Numbered from the stretch's first letter, positions 1 to 11,443 are shown. The stretch: DNA of 32,000 bases from Synechocystis sp. PCC 6803 substr. PCC-P (GCF_000284455.1 NC_017039.1:3510001-3542000), one strand, 5' to 3'. Notes: a model not told the origin generated them from the letters alone. A program made the numbers and translations.

Positions 1-1
1 G

Positions 2-684
2 AAAGAGGAAAGAGTAAGAGCGAACAAATGGAGAAAATTTGAGAGAGAATTTGCAAGTGGAAAGTCGGAAGTAAGATACGAATAAGATACGTGAGAGAAA
101 TTATTTATGGAAGGAGAGGGGAAAAAAGATATTAGCAAGTAACGGATAACAAGGAGAAAATGCCGTCAAATTCAACGTATTTTATTATGACAAAAGTATC
201 AGAAATAAAATATAAAGAAGTGGGTAACTTATATGGAGCAAGGAACTGGATAGAGTATGGATTAAAGCAAATAAAGAATGAACTGGGGTGGGCAGATTTT
301 AGAATGATGGACTATTCCAGAATAGAAAAATGGCGGGAAATAGTGATGAGCGTATATTTAATGGTAAGTCTTCAGATAGAAAATTTGCCTCCGCATGATA
401 ACTCCTTAAACAAATCAAAACAGACTAGGGAGATAGCTTATCAGAATATACAAAAACATCCTTGGTGGAATCAAAAAAGTGGATGGAAAAACATACTTAA
501 CAACATGAAATTAATAATTCAGCCATTATGTTACTTTAATTTATTAAAGCCGTGGATGACGGTGATTTATACACCTCAGTTATTGAAAAACTTCCATTGC
601 TTATTTGACAGATTGAAGAAGGCAGTAATGGCTTTAGGAGACCTTATTATTGCTCCAATTATTTTACCTTTCCACCTACACTGA
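2..684 (+). pseudogene. Degraded IS4/IS701-like transposase, C-terminal remnant (left end cut by window)
   Basis: ORF 160-684 carries transposase-like text (YKEVGNLYGARNWIEYGLKQIKNELGWADFRMMDYSRIEKWREIVMSVYLMVSLQ). Manual translation upstream gives KEERVRANKWRKFEREFASGKSEVRYE in another frame (2-82), then YVREIIYGRRGEKRY*QVTDNKEK in the ORF frame with TAG at 133-135. Confidence 0.75.
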
Positions 685-875
685 TAGAAGAGTGATAAGT
701 TGGAAATTAAGAACATCTTCGCTGATACTAAACATTAACCCGATCATATCTCAGCACTTTCTGTTTGATTAACTGTAGAGGACTAAAAAAGGTAGAAGAG
801 AGAACCCCTTAGCAAATAGGATTAACTGACTTCTACCCTACAACCTATTGACAGGATGCTGTTTTGATGGATAAT

Positions 876-2852
876 TTACTGTTTGGTCAAACGGGTTAAT
901 ACCGCATTAGAGCGTTCAATGAAACCTTTCATGCCCTCCGCATCAAAACCTTTTTGGGCCATCAATGCCAAGTCATAAACATGTTGACAAAGGGATTTTG
1001 CTAATTCTGCTGAGGGAGATTCCCCACTGCCAGTGACAATACCGCCTTGGCTGAGGGAAAGAATGTTTTTAATTAGGGGGTGGTTGGTGTTAATGGCTAA
1101 CACATGTTGTTCCGGGAAAGCCATCGCCTGCTGTTGCATCATGGCAGTCATTTCCTGGAGGCGTCGCATGGCTTCCGGTAGAAGTACCATGGCTGGAGGG
1201 GTAGATTGGGGATCGTCGGATTTTAATGATTGGGTTTTGATGTTGATGTTGGGATTATTGAGGGCCTTTTCAAAGATTTCTTTGATTTGCTCACTGCGGG
1301 ATTTGTTGGTGGCGGGGTCCACAATGTCGCTGGCTTTATCCTCTTCAATCAAACTTTGATCCAGTTCTGAATCTACCCGGGAAAATTTGACGTCACTGTA
1401 TTCTTTTTCTAGGAAAGGAATGAAGTAATTAGTGTCAATGAAAGAATCCATAAATAGGACCTCAATACCCTGGTTTTTATACAGTTCCACATAGGTGGCT
1501 TGGGTAGCTTGATCGGTGCAGTAAAAAACTCGATTTTCGTGGCGTTCTTTATTGCGTTCCAAATAACGTTTCAGGCTGGTGTAACCTTCTTTTTCGTAGG
1601 GATTAACCCCGTCACTCTGGTTAGTTTCAGCCCAGGCATCACCATCTTCGGTCAGAACTTCTACCTTTGGTTCCGTACTTTCTGCTGTGGCTTTATAGGT
1701 GGTGCGGTAGAGCAATAAATCTTCTACTTGTTGTTTGAATTTATCTTCCCGCAGGGAACCAAATTTGACAAAGGTACCAATGTCTTCCCAACATTTGAGA
1801 TATTCTGCCGGATTTTCGTCGTACAAAGATTTAAGGCGATCGCCAACTTTTTTGGCAATGTAATCAGCAATGCGACGCACAGTGCGGTGATTAGTGAGGG
1901 CACTGCGGGAAACGTTGAGGGGAATATCGGGACTATCAATTACCCCCCGGAGCGGCATCAAAAATTCGGGAATGACTTCTTCGCAATGGTCACTGACAAA
2001 AACTTGATTGCAGAAAAGTTTAATTTGCCCTTTGGACACATCCACATCGGGGCGTAATTTGGGAAAATAGAGAATACCATTGAGCAAGAAGGGATAATCG
2101 GTGTTTAAATGCACCCACAACAGGGGATCTTCCTGGAAAGGGTAAAGATAGCGGTAAAACTCCAGGTAATCTTCTTTGGTTAAATTTTGGGGTGATTCCT
2201 TCCAGATGGCCCGCTGTTTATTTAGCGTTTCCCCTTCAAAGCGGATGGGCACTGCCATAAAGTCAGAATAGGTTTTCACCAATTGCCGGATGCGACCAGT
2301 CTCCAAATATTCCTGTTCATCGTCCAGCAAAGTTAGGGTGACTGTGGTTCCTACCTGCTGACGATCGGAATCCGTCAGTTCAAATTCCGGTGAACCGTCG
2401 CAACTCCAATGCACCGCCTGGGCCCCCTCTTGGTAAGAAAGGGTGTCAATTTCCACTTTTTGGGACACCATGAAAGCGGAATAGAAACCCAAACCAAAGT
2501 GACCAATCAAATCATTGGCAGACTTTTGGAACTTTTCAATGAACTCCTCCGCACTGGAGAAAGCCACTTGGTTGATGTACTTTTTCACTTCATCGGCGGT
2601 CATGCCAATGCCGTTATCGGTAATAGAAAGGGTTTTATTCACCTTATCCACTACCAGTGTAATTTGGGGATCGGGCACTTCTCCAGAGCCGTCGCTGGCA
2701 AAAGCAGCCATTTTCCGTTTACTAATGGCATCAACGGCGTTGGAAATTAATTCCCTTAAAAAGATTTCATGGTCAGTGTAGAGAGACTTTTTAATAATCG
2801 GGAAAATATTCTCGGTATGGATTGTGATATTGCCTTTTTCGAGTACTGCCAT
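876..2852 (-). CDS. htpG: Molecular chaperone HtpG (Hsp90 family)
   Basis: 658 aa with Hsp90 N-terminal ATPase motifs (ELISNAVDA, DNGIGM, GHFGLGFYSAFMV) and the conserved middle-domain region. Confidence 0.97.
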   Translation of the reverse strand: MAVLEKGNITIHTENIFPIIKKSLYTDHEIFLRELISNAVDAISKRKMAAFASDGSGEVPDPQITLVVDKVNKTLSITDNGIGMTADEVKKYINQVAFSSAEEFIEKFQKSANDLIGHFGLGFYSAFMVSQKVEIDTLSYQEGAQAVHWSCDGSPEFELTDSDRQQVGTTVTLTLLDDEQEYLETGRIRQLVKTYSDFMAVPIRFEGETLNKQRAIWKESPQNLTKEDYLEFYRYLYPFQEDPLLWVHLNTDYPFLLNGILYFPKLRPDVDVSKGQIKLFCNQVFVSDHCEEVIPEFLMPLRGVIDSPDIPLNVSRSALTNHRTVRRIADYIAKKVGDRLKSLYDENPAEYLKCWEDIGTFVKFGSLREDKFKQQVEDLLLYRTTYKATAESTEPKVEVLTEDGDAWAETNQSDGVNPYEKEGYTSLKRYLERNKERHENRVFYCTDQATQATYVELYKNQGIEVLFMDSFIDTNYFIPFLEKEYSDVKFSRVDSELDQSLIEEDKASDIVDPATNKSRSEQIKEIFEKALNNPNINIKTQSLKSDDPQSTPPAMVLLPEAMRRLQEMTAMMQQQAMAFPEQHVLAINTNHPLIKNILSLSQGGIVTGSGESPSAELAKSLCQHVYDLALMAQKGFDAEGMKGFIERSNAVLTRLTKQ

Positions 2853-3182
2853 AGGTCTTTAGATTTAATGTTTAGGATTGTTAGGAAATTTAGTGGATTA
2901 GCAAAACTTCCAGGAACCTAGTCAGCTCCCCAGATTTGCCCAGCGCCCCAGCAATGGGGGTAACCCCATCATCATACGAAGCCAGGGACAGTTTACTCAG
3001 CGGCAGTTTCCGACCTTTGCCATTTCGGTTATCCGTACCCCCACAGTGATCTGACAACTCAGCTCCGAATCCCAACGGCGATCGCCATTCTTGCTTGGGG
3101 CATTAAAACCCGCTGGTTAGCCGGAATTTCCGTCCAGATTCCCTTTCCAGATGTCCCCCTCGGTTCTAAACTTGACTTCGAA

Positions 3183-4502
3183 GTGTGTTGTTGGCAATCG
3201 AGAGGTCTGCTTGTGAAACGTGTCTTAGCGATTATCCTGGGCGGTGGGGCCGGGACCCGCCTCTATCCTTTAACCAAACTCAGAGCCAAACCCGCAGTTC
3301 CCTTGGCCGGAAAGTATCGCCTCATCGATATTCCCGTCAGTAATTGCATCAACTCAGAAATCGTTAAAATTTACGTCCTTACCCAGTTTAATTCCGCCTC
3401 CCTTAACCGTCACATCAGCCGGGCCTATAATTTTTCCGGCTTCCAAGAAGGATTTGTGGAAGTCCTCGCCGCCCAACAAACCAAAGATAATCCTGATTGG
3501 TTTCAGGGCACTGCTGATGCGGTACGGCAATACCTCTGGTTGTTTAGGGAATGGGACGTAGATGAATATCTTATTCTGTCCGGCGACCATCTCTACCGCA
3601 TGGATTACGCCCAATTTGTTAAAAGACACCGGGAAACCAATGCCGACATAACCCTTTCCGTTGTGCCCGTGGATGACAGAAAGGCACCCGAGCTGGGCTT
3701 AATGAAAATCGACGCCCAGGGCAGAATTACTGACTTTTCTGAAAAGCCCCAGGGGGAAGCCCTCCGGGCCATGCAGGTGGACACCAGCGTTTTGGGCCTA
3801 AGTGCGGAGAAGGCTAAGCTTAATCCTTACATTGCCTCCATGGGCATTTACGTTTTCAAGAAGGAAGTATTGCACAACCTCCTGGAAAAATATGAAGGGG
3901 CAACGGACTTTGGCAAAGAAATCATTCCTGATTCAGCCAGTGATCACAATCTGCAAGCCTATCTCTTTGATGACTATTGGGAAGACATTGGTACCATTGA
4001 AGCCTTCTATGAGGCTAATTTAGCCCTGACCAAACAACCTAGTCCCGACTTTAGTTTTTATAACGAAAAAGCCCCCATCTATACCAGGGGTCGTTATCTT
4101 CCCCCCACCAAAATGTTGAATTCCACCGTGACGGAATCCATGATCGGGGAAGGTTGCATGATTAAGCAATGTCGCATCCACCACTCAGTTTTAGGCATTC
4201 GCAGTCGCATTGAATCTGATTGCACCATTGAGGATACTTTGGTGATGGGCAATGATTTCTACGAATCTTCATCAGAACGAGACACCCTCAAAGCCCGGGG
4301 GGAAATTGCCGCTGGCATAGGTTCCGGCACCACTATCCGCCGAGCCATCATCGACAAAAATGCCCGCATCGGCAAAAACGTCATGATTGTCAACAAGGAA
4401 AATGTCCAGGAGGCTAACCGGGAAGAGTTAGGTTTTTACATCCGCAATGGCATCGTAGTAGTGATTAAAAATGTCACGATCGCCGACGGCACGGTAATCT
4501 AG
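3183..4502 (+). CDS. glgC: Glucose-1-phosphate adenylyltransferase (ADP-glucose pyrophosphorylase)
   Basis: Nucleotidyltransferase motif [41 protein letters not shown] plus C-terminal hexapeptide-like beta helix. An alternative GTG start at 3213 is possible. Confidence 0.97.
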   Translation: MCCWQSRGLLVKRVLAIILGGGAGTRLYPLTKLRAKPAVPLAGKYRLIDIPVSNCINSEIVKIYVLTQFNSASLNRHISRAYNFSGFQEGFVEVLAAQQTKDNPDWFQGTADAVRQYLWLFREWDVDEYLILSGDHLYRMDYAQFVKRHRETNADITLSVVPVDDRKAPELGLMKIDAQGRITDFSEKPQGEALRAMQVDTSVLGLSAEKAKLNPYIASMGIYVFKKEVLHNLLEKYEGATDFGKEIIPDSASDHNLQAYLFDDYWEDIGTIEAFYEANLALTKQPSPDFSFYNEKAPIYTRGRYLPPTKMLNSTVTESMIGEGCMIKQCRIHHSVLGIRSRIESDCTIEDTLVMGNDFYESSSERDTLKARGEIAAGIGSGTTIRRAIIDKNARIGKNVMIVNKENVQEANREELGFYIRNGIVVVIKNVTIADGTVI

Positions 4503-4530
4503 GGCCAGTTTCTTTCCTCGCACCATAGCC

Positions 4531-5379
4531 ATGACCGCTCCCGTTAAAGCAGTAAAATCCCTGAGCCAAAAGTTTGCCCCCCTCCGGTCTGTCCTGGATC
4601 AATTGGACGGCCTGGGCATTCTTGCCTGGGGGATTTTGATGCTCAAGTACTCTTTTTCTGGGGAATTGGGTTTACTCATTCATCCCAACTATTTTGGGTT
4701 GGTGACAGTGACGGGGTTCGTCCTATTGTTTTTGGGCGGCCTGCGATTGTTTCAAACCGGCAGACGTTGGTTAAAGAGAGCCCGCCGCAGTGGCAATGGT
4801 AACCAAGACAGTGTGACCCACGTAACGGTTTTACCCCTAGGACTGGGCACTGCCCTGTTGTTAGTTACCGCTGTGATGGGGCTTTTTATTACTCCGTCCG
4901 TTTTCAGCAGTCAATTGGCCATCCAACGGGGCATTAGTATGACTTTGCCCCCCACCCAAACCCAGATATCCAGCTTTGCCTCCCAGATTAAGCCGGAGGA
5001 TCGCACCCTAGTGGACTGGGTCCGCACCATCAGCGCCTATCCAGAGCCTGACGTTTACGCCGGCCAAAAGGTTGATGTAACTGGCTTTGTCGTTCACCCT
5101 GAATACTTGCCAGATAACTACCTCCTCATTAGCCGCTTCATTCTGACTTGCTGTGCAGTGGACGCTTATCCTGTGGCTTTGACGGTCCGTTTAGAAGGTT
5201 CCCGTAGTCAATATCCCCCCGATACTTGGCTAACCATCCAAGGACAAATGGTGGCCGCAACCTTACCCAGCTCAGCGGATCAGGGCAGACAAGGGGCAGA
5301 AAAGCGTCAGGTTGTGGTGGAAGCTCAGTCGGTGGAAGTGGTGCCAACTCCGGCTGATCCCTATAGTTACGCCGATTGA
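4531..5379 (+). CDS. TIGR03943/YcgQ-like membrane protein
   Basis: N-terminal membrane helices and a C-terminal domain with GFVVHPEYLPDNYLLISRFILTCCAVDAYPVAL, typical of the family by recollection. Confidence 0.65.
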   Translation: MTAPVKAVKSLSQKFAPLRSVLDQLDGLGILAWGILMLKYSFSGELGLLIHPNYFGLVTVTGFVLLFLGGLRLFQTGRRWLKRARRSGNGNQDSVTHVTVLPLGLGTALLLVTAVMGLFITPSVFSSQLAIQRGISMTLPPTQTQISSFASQIKPEDRTLVDWVRTISAYPEPDVYAGQKVDVTGFVVHPEYLPDNYLLISRFILTCCAVDAYPVALTVRLEGSRSQYPPDTWLTIQGQMVAATLPSSADQGRQGAEKRQVVVEAQSVEVVPTPADPYSYAD

Positions 5380-5488
5380 ACCATTGACAAAGGAACCTAA
5401 TCTGTTCCGAATCCATCGATACAAAAGCGGGAATTACGTCAGAAACGATTAGCGATTCGCTAAGATAACTCAGCATTGTTACGTAAAT

Positions 5489-5956
5489 GTGTTGACCAGT
5501 ATGAAAGGTTTGTCTGGGCTGTTACAGTTTTTCATCGGCTTTATTTTGGGGGTAACCTTGTTTGTGGGGGGAATTTCCCTAGCCGGTTATCTGGTTTTTA
5601 ATCGTTTTGCGGCCAGTCCGGAAAAGCCTTTATTTCCCGAAGAACAAAGTCAGCCCCAAGATGACCAGCCTTCCCCCACAGGGACAGAATCGCCCCAAGC
5701 ATCACCGTCACCAAGTCCTTCCCCTTCCCCCACAGAGGAACTTCCCTCTGGGGCCTATAAAGCCAAGGTAATTTGGAATGGAGGCTTGAATGTTCGTACC
5801 GAGCCAGATCGGGAGTCTGATTCCCTTGCTACGATCAACTACAATGACGAAGTGGTGGTGCTGGCAACCCAGGGGGAATGGTCTAAGTTGAGGCTGTCTG
5901 GAGGCACAGAAGGATGGGTGAGATCGGGCAATCTGGAAAAACTCCCAACACCATAG
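5489..5956 (+). CDS. Single-pass membrane protein with Pro/Ser-rich linker and SH3-like (SH3b) domain
   Basis: N-terminal TM segment, SPSPSPSPSPTEE linker, then LNVRTEPDRESDSLATINYNDEVVVLATQGEWSKLRLSGGTEGWVRSGNLE, an SH3b signature. Confidence 0.8.
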   Translation: MLTSMKGLSGLLQFFIGFILGVTLFVGGISLAGYLVFNRFAASPEKPLFPEEQSQPQDDQPSPTGTESPQASPSPSPSPSPTEELPSGAYKAKVIWNGGLNVRTEPDRESDSLATINYNDEVVVLATQGEWSKLRLSGGTEGWVRSGNLEKLPTP

Positions 5957-6041
5957 CTACTCTCGGAGCAGAAACCCAGGCAAAGAAAAATAAAATAAAA
6001 GTTGATTAATTCCGACCATCCAAACATTTAGGGGCAGGACA

Positions 6042-7205
6042 TTGTATTGCATTGGTTTAATTAGTGGCACTTCCGTGGATGGCATTGATGCCTGTTTAGT
6101 CGACATTAGTGGGTCTGGATTAGACCTCAAGGTTGATTTGTTGCGGGGGGAAACCTACCCTTACCCCGATGCATTGCGCCAGGAGATTTTAGCTTTGTGT
6201 GCAGGAACTCCCGTTAGTCCGGAGGCGATCGCCTTTTTGGATGACAGTATTGCCAAGGAATTTGCCCAGGCGGCCCAGCAAATTCAACAATCTTTGCCCC
6301 CAGCGGATCTCATTGGTTCCCATGGCCAAACTATTTTCCACCGTCCCCCCAATCCAGAGAAAGCCTTTTCCCTCGGTTACAGTTGGCAGTTGGGCCGGGG
6401 AGAGGCGATCGCCAATTTGACAGGCATTACCACGGTGAGTAATTTTCGGGCGGCGGACATTGCCGCAGGGGGCCAGGGAGCACCATTAGTTTCTAAAATC
6501 GATGTCTGCCTGTTGAGCCATCAAAATGAACACCGCTGTGTGCAGAATTTAGGTGGCATTGGTAATGTGACCTATCTCCCTCCCCGCAGTCAGACAAATT
6601 GGCAGGAAAAAATTTGTGGCTGGGATACGGGGCCCGCCAACGTCCTAGTTGACCTGGCAGTGCAAAAATTTACCCAGGGAGAAAAAACCTATGATCAGGG
6701 GGGACAATGGGCGGCCCAGGGTAAGCCCCGCCAAGAACTGGTAGACCAATGGTTACAAGAACCCTTTTTCGAGCAATATCCGCCTAAATCCACCGGGCGG
6801 GAATTGTTTGGGGCGTTGTACCTCGATAACTGTTGGATAGAAGCCCAGCGCCATGGCTTGAATGAAACCGATTTTTTGACCACTCTGACAGAATTTACGG
6901 CCCGCTCTGTAGTGACTGAATACCAAAGATTTTTACCCCAACTGCCCGATCGCCTGTTACTGTGTGGCGGTGGTGCCCATAACCTCTATCTGAGGGAGCG
7001 GCTCCAATATCACTTAGGCTCCAACACAAAAATTCAGCGCACCGACGATGTTGGTCTGAACAGCGATTTCAAAGAGGCGATCGCCTTTGCGGTGCTGGCC
7101 TATTGGCGTTTCCAGGAGCAATTTCCAGGTAATGTCCCCCTAGTCACCGGTGCTAGTCAAGATTGTCTGTTGGGGGATATTCACCTTGTCCCAGTTGGTA
7201 GTTAA
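6042..7205 (+). CDS. anmK: Anhydro-N-acetylmuramic acid kinase
   Basis: [18 protein letters not shown] at the N-terminus, [23 protein letters not shown] and [10 protein letters not shown] motifs. TTG start at 6042. Confidence 0.93.
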   Translation: MYCIGLISGTSVDGIDACLVDISGSGLDLKVDLLRGETYPYPDALRQEILALCAGTPVSPEAIAFLDDSIAKEFAQAAQQIQQSLPPADLIGSHGQTIFHRPPNPEKAFSLGYSWQLGRGEAIANLTGITTVSNFRAADIAAGGQGAPLVSKIDVCLLSHQNEHRCVQNLGGIGNVTYLPPRSQTNWQEKICGWDTGPANVLVDLAVQKFTQGEKTYDQGGQWAAQGKPRQELVDQWLQEPFFEQYPPKSTGRELFGALYLDNCWIEAQRHGLNETDFLTTLTEFTARSVVTEYQRFLPQLPDRLLLCGGGAHNLYLRERLQYHLGSNTKIQRTDDVGLNSDFKEAIAFAVLAYWRFQEQFPGNVPLVTGASQDCLLGDIHLVPVGS

Positions 7206-7240
7206 ATAGCTCCAAAGAACTACTTCACTTTGATCTTTGA

Positions 7241-8338
7241 TTAATTGTTGGTAGCTTCCGCCAATTCCGCCAGTCTCTCCTGTTGATCCTGGGAAATGCA
7301 AGACTCGATGATAGTGTGAATTTCCCCTTCCAGAGCCGTGTTTAAATCAAAGTTGCGTCCCAAGCGGTGGTCGGTAACTCGATTATCTTTGTAGTTATAG
7401 GTGCGGATTTTCTCCGAACGGGAACCCGTACCCACCTGCGATCGCCGATTGGAACTGATGGCATCATTTTGTTCTTGGAGCATCATGTCATAGAGCTTGG
7501 CCCGGAGAATTTGCATCGCCCGTTCACGGTTTTGGAGTTGGGAACGTTCTTCGGTGCAAAAAATCCGAATACCTGTGGGTTTATGGAACAGATCCACCGC
7601 CGTTTCCACCTTGTTAACGTTCTGTCCACCGGCTCCACCGGAGCGAGCCGTACTCATTTCAATGTCTTTGGGATCAATTTTTACTTCCACATCATCCACT
7701 TCCGGCATGATGGCCACCGTAGCCGTGGAGGTATGCACCCGACCCCCAGCCTCCGTCACCGGCACCCGTTGCACCCGATGCACCCCTGCTTCAAATTTCA
7801 ACTGGCTGTAAACCCGGTCCCCTTTAACTTCCAGAATGGCTTCCTTAAAGCCTCCCATATCTGCTAAGGACTCACTCAGCAGACTCACTTTCCAACCCTG
7901 ACTTTCGGCATACCTGGTGTACATACGTACTAAATCTCCAGCCCAGATACTAGCCTCATCTCCCCCGGTGCCGGCGCGGATTTCCAACATAATATTTTTC
8001 TCATCGTTGGGGTCCTTGGGCAGAAGGAGGATAGTTAGGCGCTTTTCCAACTCCCCAATGGCATTTTCCAGTTCCTCCACTTCCAACTGGGCCATTTCCC
8101 GCATTTCTGGGTCATTGCCAGATTCTTTGACAATTTGTCGGGCCCCTTTTAAATCTTCCTGGCTTCTTTTCCAAGTCTCGTAGGTATCAACTGTTTCTTC
8201 CAAGGACGAGCGGGCTTTGGCTACCCGTTGCAATTCATCGGGGTTGGTGGCAATGTCCGGATCCGCCAGCATCCTAGTCAATTCCTGATAGGTCTGCTCC
8301 ACAGAAGCTAGTTTGTCTAAGAGGTACGTTTCCGCCAT
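7241..8338 (-). CDS. prfA: Peptide chain release factor 1
   Basis: GGQ motif in [29 protein letters not shown] and class I RF N-terminal domain. Confidence 0.96.
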   Translation of the reverse strand: MAETYLLDKLASVEQTYQELTRMLADPDIATNPDELQRVAKARSSLEETVDTYETWKRSQEDLKGARQIVKESGNDPEMREMAQLEVEELENAIGELEKRLTILLLPKDPNDEKNIMLEIRAGTGGDEASIWAGDLVRMYTRYAESQGWKVSLLSESLADMGGFKEAILEVKGDRVYSQLKFEAGVHRVQRVPVTEAGGRVHTSTATVAIMPEVDDVEVKIDPKDIEMSTARSGGAGGQNVNKVETAVDLFHKPTGIRIFCTEERSQLQNRERAMQILRAKLYDMMLQEQNDAISSNRRSQVGTGSRSEKIRTYNYKDNRVTDHRLGRNFDLNTALEGEIHTIIESCISQDQQERLAELAEATNN

Positions 8339-8426
8339 GGTCTGCCTTGGGTCAAAATGCTCAGTCTTCTATTCTAACTCCCCCAAGACCCCCCTGCTTT
8401 TTCCCCTTGCATTGATCGCCAAATGG

Positions 8427-9011
8427 TTAGTCCGCATCTTCAAATAAAAGCTCTTCTAGAATATGTTTGAGTTCATCATTGTCGGGGTGCACCAACTCAA
8501 TTTGTGTTTCACTAATGGCTTTAGCAAGAAATAATAAAGGCGCTAGGGGAGTGTAAATGCTATAGCGTTCTTCCTCGTGGTAAAAACTAGCCAGGAATTG
8601 CAATTCTTCCTCTTCCATTTCCCCAGCCGGATCGTTCCCTTCAATTTCCAGGGTGAGAATATCTTCATCTTCAATGGGGGGCAGTTCACCACTGACGGTG
8701 AGGGTGTAGGCAGTGTACTTCAACGACAAATCTAATTCTGCCAGTACGGCCTTAGCATCTGCAAAAATGCCACTAATTTCTTCTTGGTCCTCTAGTAAAA
8801 TTGCCTCAGCATCTTCTGTTTCATCGTCATCTTCTTCCCAGGCAATAATTACCACCGGGATGTCAACGGGCATCAATAATAAGTATTGAGCGTCCTCTTG
8901 TTCGAGGGAGTTTTCCACGTAGCAATCTAAAGGCCGCCCCGCTTCATCGTAGAGCGTTATGCTATCGCTTTCATCCGGTTCATTTTCTTGATTAAACAGA
9001 TAAGCAGACAT
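8427..9011 (-). CDS. Acidic DUF3727-type protein with DUF1292-like N-terminal part
   Basis: 194 aa, strongly acidic: ITLYDEAGRPLDCYVENSLEQEDAQYLLLMPVDIPVVI and FYHEEERYSIYTPLAPLLFLAK. Confidence 0.7.
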   Translation of the reverse strand: MSAYLFNQENEPDESDSITLYDEAGRPLDCYVENSLEQEDAQYLLLMPVDIPVVIIAWEEDDDETEDAEAILLEDQEEISGIFADAKAVLAELDLSLKYTAYTLTVSGELPPIEDEDILTLEIEGNDPAGEMEEEELQFLASFYHEEERYSIYTPLAPLLFLAKAISETQIELVHPDNDELKHILEELLFEDAD

Positions 9012-9076
9012 ATAACTTAATAATGTTATTGAGTATTAAGAGTATCACGGAAGAAGCAGATATTTAAGAAGAGAAC

Positions 9077-9904
9077 TCAATCAAAGTTTAGATGATCTAG
9101 CCAATTAGTTTTTTCAATAATGTTAACTCCGTTGATATCCGTAAGATTATATTGCAATGGGGTAATGGTGATGAAGTTATCTTGGCTAGCCTGGACATCA
9201 GTGGGAATGCGGCGGTTGAGACGGAGATAGTCTGGTTGGGGAATTTCTTTTACCCTTTCCCCCGCTAGCCAGTAGTAGCGTTTTCCCCGGGGATCATACC
9301 TTTCTTCAAAGGTTTCGCTATAGCGTTGCAGTCCCTGGCGGGTGAGTCTAACTCCGGCAATCTGCTCCGCTGGTACCGCTGGAATATTGATGCTAAATAA
9401 GGTCGGTTCCGTCAATGGCGATCGCCAGAGGTGTTGGACAAAGCAATTGGCAAAGTCGGCGGCGGGCTGAAAATCGGTGGCGGTAAAACTGACCAAACTC
9501 AAAGCAATGCTAGGAATGCCCTCGATCAACCCTTCCATGGCGGCGGAAACTGTACCGGAATATAAAACATCAGTGCCGAGGTTAGCACCGTGGTTAACTC
9601 CGGAAAGGACAAAATCCGGATAACGGGGCATCACCGCATGGAGGGCAAACTTCACACAGTCAGCGGGGGTACCGGAACAGGACCAAGCCTTGATGCGAGG
9701 ATCAAAAACATCCTCCACAATGCCCGCTCGAATGGGTCGATGGAGGGTCAGACCATGGCCGGTGGCGGATCTTTCCCGGTCAGGACAGACCACTGTGACT
9801 TCATGGCCTGCGGCGACTAGGGTGTTGGCCAAGGTACGTACCCCTTGGGAAAAAATGCCGTCATCGTTACTGACAAGGAGATTGAGGACCGGGGATGGGG
9901 TCAT
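9077..9904 (-). CDS. surE: 5'-nucleotidase SurE
   Basis: [35 protein letters not shown] and [27 protein letters not shown] motifs. Confidence 0.95.
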   Translation of the reverse strand: MTPSPVLNLLVSNDDGIFSQGVRTLANTLVAAGHEVTVVCPDRERSATGHGLTLHRPIRAGIVEDVFDPRIKAWSCSGTPADCVKFALHAVMPRYPDFVLSGVNHGANLGTDVLYSGTVSAAMEGLIEGIPSIALSLVSFTATDFQPAADFANCFVQHLWRSPLTEPTLFSINIPAVPAEQIAGVRLTRQGLQRYSETFEERYDPRGKRYYWLAGERVKEIPQPDYLRLNRRIPTDVQASQDNFITITPLQYNLTDINGVNIIEKTNWLDHLNFD

Positions 9905-10188
9905 AGGACACCAAAGAATCGAGATTGTGCCTGCCAGCCTTAACGATATCAGGCTATGTCCCGCTTAAACTCTGATTCTTACCAGGTAACTCCTGGGCTC
10001 CATGGGGCCACAACCAGGCAGTATTTTGTTCCTTTGGCCAATGGGGCGATCGGGGAAAAATGGCTTGATCTGGCATTTACGAGAAAAATTTTTATTTTTT
10101 AATGATTTATTTTTTCCTATTAAAATCTTTTTTTTACCTTTGGAAACCAACTGCAATCTGAGAAACCATCTTGTTTTTTTAAAGAAAT

Positions 10189-10250
10189 ATTATTAATCTG
10201 AAATTCAAGGGAAGTTAATCAATGCCAATAATTATCTCGCATTATTAATC
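10189..10250 (+). promoter_or_regulatory. Candidate upstream regulatory region of the D1' gene: direct 10-mer repeat and AT-rich inverted repeat
   Basis: ATTATTAATC occurs at 10189-10198 and 10241-10250. AATAAT-(8 nt)-ATTATT inverted repeat at 10227-10246. AT-rich, so chance occurrence is possible. Confidence 0.25.
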
Positions 10251-10360
10251 CCCCTTTATCTATCTGGTTGAGTTGGATTTAGCTGATAGTTTATCACCAA
10301 AATAACAAGCAAAATCAAATCCAAGCTTAAACCCAAAATCTTACTTCGTAATTATTCGCT

Positions 10361-11443
10361 ATGACTACTACCCAATTAGGATTACAGGAACAAAGCCTGT
10401 GGTCACGGTTCTGTTGTTGGATTACTAGCACTTCTAATCGCCTTTACATCGGCTGGTTTGGGGTGTTGATGATCCCCACTTTGTTAACCGCTACCACCTG
10501 TTTTATTATCGCTTTCATCGCCGCTCCCCCGGTGGATATTGATGGCATTCGGGAGCCCATTGCTGGTTCTTTACTGTACGGTAACAATATCATCACTGCC
10601 GCCGTAGTGCCCAGTTCCAATGCCATTGGCTTGCACTTTTACCCCATTTGGGAAGCCCATAGCCTCGATGAATGGCTTTACAATGGTGGCCCTTACCAAT
10701 TGATTGTTTTTCACTTTTTAATTGGGATTTTTTGTTATCTCGGTCGTCAATGGGAATTGTCTTACCGTCTAGGAATGCGTCCTTGGATCTGTGTTGCCTA
10801 TAGCGCCCCCGTCGCCGCTGCCACTGCTACTTTGTTAATCTATTCCATTGGTCAAGGCTCTTTCTCCGATGGTTTACCCCTAGGCATCAGTGGTACTTTT
10901 AACTTCATGTTGGTGCTGCAAGCGGAACATAACGTATTGATGCATCCTTTCCACATGTTAGGGGTAGCTGGGGTGTTTGGTGGGGCTTTGTTTGCCGCTA
11001 TGCACGGTTCCTTGGTTACTTCTTCCTTAATTCGAGAAACTACAGAAGTTGAATCCCAAAATCAAGGTTACAAATTTGGTCAAGAGGAAGAAACCTACAA
11101 CATCGTTGCTGCCCACGGTTACTTTGGTCGCTTAATTTTCCAATATGCTTCCTTTAACAATAGTCGGGCTCTCCACTTCTTTCTGGGAGCTTGGCCAGTG
11201 GTAGGCATCTGGTTTGCCGCTTTGGCAGTTTGTTGTTTCGCTTTCAACCTCAACGGTTTTAACTTCAACCAATCCATTCTGGATGCCCAAGGCCGTCCCG
11301 TGAGCACCTGGGCCGATGTGATTAACCGTGCCAACATTGGTTTTGAGGTGATGCACGAACGCAACGTTCACAATTTCCCCTTGGATTTAGCTTCCGGTGA
11401 TGCCCAAATGGTGGCCCTGAACGCCCCCGCCATTGAAGGCTAG
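10361..11443 (+). CDS. psbA1: Photosystem II D1 protein, divergent D1' isoform
   Basis: 360 aa D1. By counting: A80, L158, L186, A286 and V336; Y161, D170, E189, H190, H332, E333, H337, D342 and A344 retained. G80A/F158L/T286A is the published D1' signature. Confidence 0.96.
   Translation: MTTTQLGLQEQSLWSRFCCWITSTSNRLYIGWFGVLMIPTLLTATTCFIIAFIAAPPVDIDGIREPIAGSLLYGNNIITAAVVPSSNAIGLHFYPIWEAHSLDEWLYNGGPYQLIVFHFLIGIFCYLGRQWELSYRLGMRPWICVAYSAPVAAATATLLIYSIGQGSFSDGLPLGISGTFNFMLVLQAEHNVLMHPFHMLGVAGVFGGALFAAMHGSLVTSSLIRETTEVESQNQGYKFGQEEETYNIVAAHGYFGRLIFQYASFNNSRALHFFLGAWPVVGIWFAALAVCCFAFNLNGFNFNQSILDAQGRPVSTWADVINRANIGFEVMHERNVHNFPLDLASGDAQMVALNAPAIEG

Noticed and set aside
1033-2781. Several plus-strand ORFs antisense to htpG (e.g. 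1033-1359, 1728-2057, 2409-2750, 2515-2781)
   Set aside because: They lie wholly inside a well-supported CDS, show no recognisable domain, and have low-complexity composition expected from the complement of a coding strand.
2890-3182. Small ORF 2890-3075 and gap between htpG and glgC as a possible novel gene or RNA
   Set aside because: No conserved peptide features or clear hairpin that I could support. It contains a HIP1 site and is probably promoter/intergenic sequence.
10081-10200. AT-rich T/A homopolymer stretches upstream of psbA1 as a mobile-element junction
   Set aside because: No terminal inverted repeats or target-site duplication visible. AT-richness is compatible with an ordinary promoter region.
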